Origin: Promethearchaeota archaeon
GTDB taxonomy: Archaea > Asgardarchaeota > Lokiarchaeia > Sigyniarchaeales > SOKP01
NCBI GenBank assembly: GCA_048940445.1
Contig: JBHLON010000057.1
Span: 1 to 14,769 of the forward strand
Length of the DNA stretch: 14,769 nt
Direction of reading: 5' to 3'
The notes beneath the pieces were generated by a model. The model saw only the letters and a program-made list of their open reading frames with translations. It searched no databases and was not told the DNA's origin. This document shows positions 1 to 7,820 of this stretch, in pieces. The translations under genes were made by a program, and so were the position numbers. Positions within the stretch are counted from its first letter, which is position 1. Every line of letters starts with the position of its first letter.

Positions 1-105
1 TTAATGTTAAGAAAAGCTGACAGCAAGTTAAACTAATAATTAATCTTAAAAAAAAATTATGGTTTTTAGAGTATTAATAAAATAAATAAATAGACAATTA
101 AATTC

Positions 106-3100
106 TTGATACCTATGAATAAAATTAAAATTAATTTCAAAAAAATTTTTACTGCAATAATCCTAATAATCACGCTATTCACGCCAATTTTTGGCATAAA
201 TGCATATTTTAATTTAAATGCTGTTTCTACAAAAAATTTACAGTTTGATAAAAACCAGGTGCTTTCTGCTTTAAATTTACAAACAAATACTGATTCTTCT
301 AGCCATAAATTGGGAATAGATAATGGTATCTTCGATTCTTATTTAAGTCAATATCTAACGAATTATAACTCAAAGGATAATAACAATAATAAAGTAAAGA
401 TTATCATACTATTTGATGATTCAATAGACAAATCTGAAAGAATAAATCTCATTAGTTCGGTATTAGACAATTTTGAAATAATCGATAATTATAATATAAT
501 TCCTGGCGTCTATTTGTCATGTGATCCAAACGATTTAATCTCAAAAGCAGAACAATTGAAGAATCTAGGAGTAATCAATAAGATTTATAAATCGCAACTA
601 TACTCTTATCCAATAGAGTCCACTGAAAATCCACAATCAAGCGCCTTGAACGATATAAATTATCCAAATTGGTGGTTACCTGCCATAGGTGCTGATAATC
701 TTGCATACAATGGTTCAGGAGTAAGAGTGGCGGTACTAGATACTGGAATTTATGAACACCCTGATTTAAATATAGTTCTTAGTCGAAATTTTATTAGCGG
801 GGAAAATGCTTCCTATGTAAATGATATTTATGGACATGGAACTCATGTTGCTGGAATAATTGGATCCAGTGGAGTTAGTTCAGATGGTATCTATCGAGGC
901 GTCGCTCCTGGGGTTTCATTAATCAATGCAAAAGCAGGTGGACTTGAAGGCTTGAGTGATGGTGATATTATTAAGGCAATTGAATGGTCAGTGAACGATA
1001 CAGGTGCTAATGCAGACATAATATCCATGAGTTTCGGTGGTGGTTACCCAATAGCAAATGATCCTTTAGCAAGGGCAATGACAATTGCAGCTCAAAAATA
1101 TAACGTAATTTTAGTAGCCTCGGCAGGAAATTCTGGTCCAGGTTACTTAAGCGGTGGCTCACCTGCCTCAGGACCTTATGTAATCTCAGTAGGGGCTACA
1201 GATGATACAAACAGTCTTGCTTCTTTTAGTAGTTGGGGTCCAACTGAATCTTATTTGGGATACCCTGATGTTGTAGCTCCTGGTGTATACATTATATCAA
1301 CTGAAGCCGCTGGATCAGTTATTTCCCAAGAAGAGCGTTATAAAGGGGATTTCTTTGACTATTCGGGGAATGGTGACTATATCCCTCTAAGTGGAACAAG
1401 TATGGCTTGTCCAATGGTGTCCGGTGCATTGGCTGTTCTAAAAGAAGCATATCCTTCTATTACTCCAGAAACGGCAAGAATTGCTTTACTTGAAGGAGCA
1501 ACGAAATTGGCAAATCATAATTTTCTTAAAGACGGAGCAGGGATAATAAATGTTTCAAAATCCTTAGAAGTCTTAAATCAGGCTAGTGTTTCATATGGAG
1601 ACGTAAATAACATATCGAAATTATTTCCAGATGACATTCCTTTAAAGCCTTTCGACTTACTTCATTTTCCTGGAGATCATCAATTATTCAACCTAACCTT
1701 CCTTTCAGGAATGGGAAATACATACGATATTAACATTCCTTCATATACTGATGGACTATCTGTTTCATTGGATAAGTCTCAAGTTACATTTACAGATGCA
1801 GGTTTTAATTTTGTAGCATTAGATATTAGAATAAAAAAGAATGCCCAGCCAGGCATTAAAACATTTGAATTGAATATTACTTCTGGAGCTCGATTATATG
1901 ATTCAATTGTTGTTTCTGTAGAAGTGAAATTACCAGACTATAAGATTTTAATGGAATCATATCACGGTTTAAATGATTGGTTTCCAGAGATTTCGTTTTA
2001 TCAAATGAGGTTTTACGATATGATGGATTCTCTTTCAGAAATGAATATCTCGATTGACTATGGAGCAGAATTTTGGACACCTTATTATAATAAGGATACT
2101 AATAATTCTTTTTTAACAGAAGAAAAGCTATCAAGATATGATTTGATAGTTTTACAAAATCCCATTTTACCGTTTAATCCGTTAGAGATGAAATCTCTTA
2201 AAAATTACTTTAATAATGGAGGAAATATACTTTTCTTAGGAACGAGATATCAAGACCTTTGTTCAGATAATTTAAATGCTTTATTCAATACACTTGGCCT
2301 TGGTCTTCAAATAAATGAAGAAAACATTATTTATGAGACATGGTTAGGAGTTGGATTAAGGTTAAATACATTTAGTGTCACTGATCTGAATTCAACATTA
2401 ATATTTAATGGAGTTGATAAATTTCTCTGGTCCTATGGAAATACATTCACTACTTCGGGTAATACAGATTCAATAGCATCAATTGATGGTCAAACAGTTG
2501 CTGCATCATATGATGGATCTACTTACGGAAAAGGTCGATTCGTTGCTTTTGGTGATTTACATTGGTTAACTGACTATTTCAATGAGATTGATTATCAACA
2601 AGACCATAATAACTTATTACGCAATCTAATGAATTACTTTCTTTATCAAAAAGATATATCAATTAATCTAGCATTAGATTCTGAACAAACTTCAACTCCT
2701 CAAATAAATCTTTCTGCCTACATTAAAGACCAAATATCAAATAAACCTATTGATTCTTCCATATTGAATTTAAATTTAACAGCATCGATAGAACATGATG
2801 GTAATTCTAGTATAATCAATATGAGTTCACCCTTTAATGGATTTGCCTATAATTATTCTATTACCTTGCCTAAACCAAGTGATGCGCCTTATCAAATCAC
2901 AGTAAATCTAACTTTAGGTCATAATATTTACACTAAAACAATTAGGCTTCTCTATTATGATAATGATTATTATCCTCGCTTCAATTTCCAAACGATTTCC
3001 GGCCCTGCTATAAGAAGTGGTTCTGATCCATTAACAATACAAACACAGTTAGATAAACCAGGTTATGATGTAGATGCTTATATGGCAATTTATACCTATT

Positions 3101-4089
3101 CTCTTTTTAATACAAAAAAGACTGTAAATAGAACTCTTAGCAACTTCCTTAATGACCCCCCCCTTTCTAATTCCTATACTAAAAGCTATACTCCAATTAG
3201 TAGCGATCCTTCAGGTTTGGTGCTTGTGTATAGCGTTCCAAAAAATACTAGTAATAATTACTTTAATCCATTCTCACAACGTCTTCTATCATTCATTAAT
3301 AATAGTGCCCCGATAATAGATGAAACAAATTCATTTTTTACTATAAGTGATATGACTACCGCTTTTAAGGATACATACTCATCAGAAACTACATTTATAC
3401 AGAAAGCGTCTCAAGGAAGTGTAATTAGTTTTAGGGTGAAAGCTTATGAATCTGTAAATTATGAAGACCAAAATATGGCTAATATGCGAGTTTCGATTAA
3501 CCTATTTATTGGCACTATTTCAGAAGATGGTTTCCTCGTAATTATTTTTCCAAACACATTTCCAGTCAAAGAATTAACTTATCAGGCTTCAAGTGATACT
3601 CAACAAGGATCTTTTGAGATTCCTTATAATATGCAATATTCTACAATCAAGGGATTAGTGTCAATACCTACAGTTACTAAATTTCATTTAAGCACAAATG
3701 AAGGCTATCTAGCAATGATCATGATTTCAGTAGATGATAGTGAAGGTGGTACTAATAATTTTATAATAATCTTCCTTATCAGTGCTGGACGACAACCACT
3801 TAACCTGATATTAGGTTTAATTATTGCAGCAGTAGTGATAGTAGCTAGTATCTCTATTTTGCTCCTTATTCTACGAAAAAGGAGAAGATCACGACAACAA
3901 AAATTCACAGAAGAATATTATAGACCATATGGCGAACAAGAATATAGTCAATATCAGATTCCAGCTGAACCTGATACTACTTCTCCTACTTATCAACCAC
4001 CTTCATTTGGATATTGTCCATTTTGTGGATATAAACTAGGAACGTTTAAGAATTTCTGTCCAAATTGTGGAAAGCAATTCTACAAATAA
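106..4089 (+). CDS. Membrane-anchored S8 (subtilisin-family) serine protease with Site-1 protease (MBTPS1)-like architecture and C-terminal zinc ribbon
   Basis: N-terminal signal/anchor ([19 protein letters not shown]) and an I9-like prodomain. Intact triad D212 (VAVLDTG), H244 (GHGTHVAG), S432 (SGTSMACP) plus oxyanion N342 (SAGNSG). Alpha/beta GATase-like domain at about aa 612-845, TM helix at about aa 1234-1256 followed by RKRRRSR, and CPFC-x10-CPNC at the C-terminus. The start may be TTG 106 or ATG 115. Confidence 0.95.
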   Translation: [1327 protein letters not shown]

Positions 4090-4118
4090 ATTTTAATAAT
4101 TTTTTATTTTTATAATTT
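4090..4118. terminator. T-rich spacer between convergent protease and rpiA genes; probable archaeal-type terminator
   Basis: The 29-nt gap is almost entirely T/A, with several oligo-T runs on the + strand right after the protease stop. Confidence 0.45.
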
Positions 4119-4826
4119 TTATTTCTGAATAATTAAGACCTCTCCATCTTTTTGGCCAATATATGCTTTTGATGCCATATTTATAAAAAGACCTGTATCA
4201 ACTACTCCCGGAGTATTCAATAATTTTTGATTTAATTCTAATGGATTTTCTATTCTTCCAAAGTCAACATCCACGATAAAATTACCATTATCCGTTATTA
4301 AGGGTCCTAATTTAGCTTTAGCCATCCTAAGTTTTGGATTTCCTCCTAATCCTTTCAATTTCTTCATGACAGGAACATGTGACATCGATATAATTTCAAC
4401 AGGCACCCCTTTCCTCCAATTTTCACCCAGTATTTTTGAATTTTTTCTGAAATCTGCAATAATTATAAATTTTTTGGAATTTGATGCAATAATTTTTTCT
4501 TGTACTAAACATCCCCCACCACCTTTTATCAAATTTAAATTTTCATCAATTTCATCAGCACCATCAATATCCAAGTCAATTTCTGGATATTGATTTAAAG
4601 AGACCATTGGCAATTTATTTTCAATTATAAGTTGAGATGATTGAAAAGATGAAGGAATACATTTTAAGTTTAAATGTTCACTTTTATTTATTTCAGCAAT
4701 CTCTTTTAATGCATATACTACTGTTGAGCCACTCCCTATTCCGACAATCATATCTTTTTTAATGTTCTCCCTTACAGCCTTAATTGCTGCTTTTTTTTTC
4801 CCTTCTTCTATTAGTTCTACACTCAT
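4119..4826 (-). CDS. rpiA: Ribose-5-phosphate isomerase A
   Basis: Signature motifs GIGSGST, DGADEID, KGGGG..QEK, TDNGNFIVD and PGVVDTGLF. A GTGAT ribosome-site-like motif sits just upstream, next to the purE stop. Confidence 0.97.
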   Translation of the reverse strand: MSVELIEEGKKKAAIKAVRENIKKDMIVGIGSGSTVVYALKEIAEINKSEHLNLKCIPSSFQSSQLIIENKLPMVSLNQYPEIDLDIDGADEIDENLNLIKGGGGCLVQEKIIASNSKKFIIIADFRKNSKILGENWRKGVPVEIISMSHVPVMKKLKGLGGNPKLRMAKAKLGPLITDNGNFIVDVDFGRIENPLELNQKLLNTPGVVDTGLFINMASKAYIGQKDGEVLIIQK

Positions 4827-4837
4827 TTAAATCACAT

Positions 4838-5263
4838 CTACTCTCGATTTAATAAATTTAAAACTCTTAAGGCTAAATAAGCTGCATTATCACCTCTATC
4901 AATTCCCACGCACGCAACTGGGACTCGTGGTGGCATTTGTACAATTGATAATAACGCATCTAAACCTCCTAATTTAGCACTGACTGGGACTCCAATAACT
5001 GGTTTATCTGTTTTTGAAGCAATTACTCCGGGCAAAGCAGCAGATAATCCAGCAATTGCAATAAATACTAAAGACCTACATGATTTAATATATTGATCCA
5101 ATTTGTCTGGATCTCTATGAGCAGATATAATCTGGAGATCATAAGGAGTATTGCTTTCCTTTAACACCAATTCAGCTTTTTCATAAACCTCTTTATCAGA
5201 AGTACTTCCAGCAATTATTGAAACTAATGGATTTTGGCTAATATTCTGCTTTTTATTCACCAT
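4838..5263 (-). CDS. purE: AIR carboxylase / N5-CAIR mutase (PurE family)
   Basis: Motifs GSTSD, SAHR (catalytic His), [29 protein letters not shown] and NAA. The 11-nt gap to rpiA suggests co-transcription. Confidence 0.95.
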   Translation of the reverse strand: MVNKKQNISQNPLVSIIAGSTSDKEVYEKAELVLKESNTPYDLQIISAHRDPDKLDQYIKSCRSLVFIAIAGLSAALPGVIASKTDKPVIGVPVSAKLGGLDALLSIVQMPPRVPVACVGIDRGDNAAYLALRVLNLLNRE

Positions 5264-5374
5264 ATCTTATTTAAATATTCCAAAAATATAAACAATTCTA
5301 GTAATTTCTTAACAAAATACAAGTTAATTATCAAAAAAATCAATTTCTTTGTCTAATAATAAAACTAATTTTGT

Positions 5375-5390
5375 CAAAAACTTTAATATT
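5375..5390 (+). promoter_or_regulatory. Candidate BRE-TATA promoter for the thiolase gene
   Basis: CAAAAAC followed by TTTAATAT about 75 nt upstream of ATG 5465. The AT-rich background limits specificity. Confidence 0.3.
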
Positions 5391-5464
5391 ATGTTTGAAT
5401 TTTTCCCTCTATCAATCAAAATATTATAATCTAAATCAATTTAAATCAAGAGGGATATTAAATA

Positions 5465-6772
5465 ATGGTAAAAGAATTAAATGAAGTATGGTTAGTGGAT
5501 TATGCAAGAACTGCTTTTTCACGATCAAGACCTAAGCAACCAGAAAGAGACGTTTTCGGAGATCAGAGAGGAGATGAATTAGTTGCTCAATTAGTAACCA
5601 AGTTTTTCGATGAAAAGCTAGCTGATAAAGGAATTGAGAAAAAAGATATACAAGAAGCATCCATTGGTACTGCTATGGGTGTTTACGAGTGTTGGACCTA
5701 TGGAGGCAGACTTCCTTTATTTATGGCAGAATTTCCTGTTGAGACATCTGCCTTTTTTGTTGATAAACAATGTGGAAGTGCTGGTGCTGGATTGCAATTC
5801 ATAGCTATGGAAATCATGAGTGGTTATACTAAATGTGGTCTTGGGATGGGAGTTGAACATATGACCAGAATTCCAATGCAAAATGATTGGATCCGCCCAA
5901 ATTTAGGAATGATGAATAAGAAAGATAAGTGGTATCGGCCTCAATATGATCTTTTAACAACTATAAATATGCTTCAAACAGCTCAAAAACTCTATGAAGA
6001 AGAAAGCCCTTATTTTACAAAAGAAGATATGGATAAATTGGGGGTACGCAGTCATAATTTAACAGTAAAGTCTCAAGAGGAAGGATGGTTTAAAGGAGAA
6101 ATTATACCTATAGAAGGGCATGTGGAAGGAAATGTAGAGGAAAGAATTATGATAGACAAAGATCAAGCACCCAGAAAATCAGTTCTCGAAAAAGTTGCAT
6201 CTTTACCTAGAATCTCAAATCCATTCTTTTTAAAACAAAATACTTATGGAGAAGATTTGGGAGGTAGAGCAGGATATGAAGAACGTGAAGGAACTAAGCA
6301 AGGAGTAATCACTCCTGGTAATTCTTCCCCATTAAATGCAGGAGCTACAGCTGCAGTTTTAATGGAAGCAAAAGAAGCTGAGAAGAGAGGAATAAAACCT
6401 ATAGCAAGAATAATTTCACTTGGTTGGGCAGGAGTAGATCCTACTGTCATGGGGAGAGGACCTGTTCCTGCTACTCAAATGGCATTAAAACATGCAGGCT
6501 TAAATGCAGATGATATTGATTATTGGGAAATTAATGAAGCTTTTTGCATAGTTACATTAAATTGTATGAAAGCTTTTAATATTCCTGAAGAAAAAGTAAA
6601 TGTAATGGGCGGATCAACCGCAATAGGACATCCATTAGGAGCAACGATGATTAGACTTACTGGAACTTTAGCTCGAATTTTAAAAGATAAAAAGGCTAAA
6701 TACGGAATAGCTAATGCATGTATTGGAGGCGGACAAGGCATAGCAATAGTGCTTGAAAATCCTGTTGCTTAA
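5465..6772 (+). CDS. Acetyl-CoA C-acyltransferase (thiolase)
   Basis: Nucleophile C103 (KQCGSA), EINEAF, H389 (GHPLGAT), C419 (CIGGGQG), TPGNSS and MGRGP. Purine-rich GAGGG lies upstream of the ATG. Confidence 0.96.
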   Translation: MVKELNEVWLVDYARTAFSRSRPKQPERDVFGDQRGDELVAQLVTKFFDEKLADKGIEKKDIQEASIGTAMGVYECWTYGGRLPLFMAEFPVETSAFFVDKQCGSAGAGLQFIAMEIMSGYTKCGLGMGVEHMTRIPMQNDWIRPNLGMMNKKDKWYRPQYDLLTTINMLQTAQKLYEEESPYFTKEDMDKLGVRSHNLTVKSQEEGWFKGEIIPIEGHVEGNVEERIMIDKDQAPRKSVLEKVASLPRISNPFFLKQNTYGEDLGGRAGYEEREGTKQGVITPGNSSPLNAGATAAVLMEAKEAEKRGIKPIARIISLGWAGVDPTVMGRGPVPATQMALKHAGLNADDIDYWEINEAFCIVTLNCMKAFNIPEEKVNVMGGSTAIGHPLGATMIRLTGTLARILKDKKAKYGIANACIGGGQGIAIVLENPVA

Positions 6773-6803
6773 ATTTATGCTTTTTTATTGATTTTTAAAA
6801 ATT
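6773..6803. terminator. T-rich spacer between convergent thiolase and TPR genes
   Basis: Oligo-T runs directly after the thiolase stop codon. Confidence 0.4.
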
Positions 6804-7355
6804 CTAGTTTCTTTCTTTTTTTTGTTTTTCTTGTTCTCGTATAATTCTTTTCAATTTTAAATTTTCTATTTTTTTTTGAATAGCATTGGATGCTTGAATT
6901 GCATAAACAAACTCTTGATTATAACTCAATGCCCTTTCATAATATTCCAAAGCTTTCACTAAATCTTCTTTATGAAATTCATATATTAAACCAATATTAT
7001 AATAACTATAGAAGTAATCTGATTTTATCTGAATTGCACGTTCATATGCGTTTAAGGCATCTTCAATATTATTCTGATTAAAGTATGCTATTCCCAAATT
7101 ATACCATGCTCTATAATTATCTGGGGCTAATTCTATTACATTTTTGAAACAATCAATAGCTTTTTCATAATCTGATACCCATTCATCGTTTAAGTGAAGG
7201 CCATAATTAAAAATCACATCAATAAGAGCAATCTTAACTTCCTGAGAAAGAGAATTTTTTTTGTAAAGTGGTTTTAAAATATCCAAAGCGTCCTCAAACT
7301 TTCCTTCTTGTTTAAGTTTAATTGCCTTTTCAATTAGTTCTTTCTCTTGAAGCAA
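6804..7355 (-). CDS. Tetratricopeptide repeat (TPR) protein
   Basis: Canonical TPR units such as AWYNLGIAYFNQNNIEDALNAYERAIQIKS and SYYNIGLIYE..ALEYYERALS, about 3-4 repeats, followed by a charged C-terminal helix. TTG start. Confidence 0.9.
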   Translation of the reverse strand: MLQEKELIEKAIKLKQEGKFEDALDILKPLYKKNSLSQEVKIALIDVIFNYGLHLNDEWVSDYEKAIDCFKNVIELAPDNYRAWYNLGIAYFNQNNIEDALNAYERAIQIKSDYFYSYYNIGLIYEFHKEDLVKALEYYERALSYNQEFVYAIQASNAIQKKIENLKLKRIIREQEKQKKERN

Positions 7356-7531
7356 GATATTTGCCTATAGCATAGATTTATTTAAGTATATTAATAATAA
7401 ATATTGCTTTAAACTAAATATTTTCTTACTATGTACAAAATAATTCATTTTATTTTATTTATCGTAATGTTTAAATATAAAACTATTACAGTTAGACTTA
7501 CACAATAAAACGGAAATATATTTTAATTAAA

Positions 7532-7537
7532 AGGTGA
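7532..7537 (+). promoter_or_regulatory. Shine-Dalgarno site (AGGTGA) of the dodecin gene
   Basis: AGGTGA lies 6 nt before ATG 7544, matching the archaeal-type GGTGA ribosome-binding motif. Confidence 0.7.
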
Positions 7538-7543
7538 AATTTA

Positions 7544-7750
7544 ATGCCAGTATATAAATCAATTCAGCTCGTTGCAACGAGCGAAAAAAATTGGGCCGAT
7601 GCCGTAAGAAACGCTTATGAGGAAGCTAAAAAAAGCTTAAGAGGCATAAGGAACATCCAAATTGTTGAAAGTGATGTGAAAGTTAAAGAAGATCAAGACA
7701 AGTTAATTTATAGAGTTCGTGTACAAGTAAATTTCCAAATTGAACGTTAG
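7544..7750 (+). CDS. Dodecin-family protein (calcium-dodecin/Rv0379-like subtype)
   Basis: 68 aa with the dodecin pattern VYKxIxLVxTS..W..A...A...A.KSLR.I....I.E.D......YRV...V.F. It has a strong SD and a T-tract after the stop. Confidence 0.9.
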   Translation: MPVYKSIQLVATSEKNWADAVRNAYEEAKKSLRGIRNIQIVESDVKVKEDQDKLIYRVRVQVNFQIER

Positions 7751-7758
7751 CTCTTCAA

Positions 7759-7778
7759 CTTTTTTATTTTTTTTTCTT
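7759..7778 (+). terminator. Oligo-T terminator downstream of dodecin
   Basis: T7-A-T8 tract about 10 nt after the stop codon. Confidence 0.55.
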
Positions 7779-7820
7779 AATTATTGATATTTATAATATT
7801 TCTGATTAACTTTATACTTT

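Noticed and set aside
1877-2080. 67-aa minus-strand ORF
   Set aside because: Antisense shadow inside the protease gene, with no recognisable motif.
3705-3908. 67-aa minus-strand ORF
   Set aside because: Antisense to the protease TM region; its composition mirrors the sense codons.
4366-4593. 75-aa plus-strand ORF with PPPP
   Set aside because: Antisense of rpiA; PPPP is the complement of the GGGG motif.
6244-6741. Two short minus-strand ORFs
   Set aside because: Antisense shadows of the thiolase.
6890-7081. 63-aa plus-strand ORF
   Set aside because: Antisense within the TPR gene, with no supporting evidence.
7356-7373. In-frame ATG-CTA-TAG upstream of the TPR TTG start (possible amber readthrough or uORF)
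   Set aside because: Readthrough would add only 6 residues, and TAG is the commonest true stop in this window, so chance is the likelier explanation.
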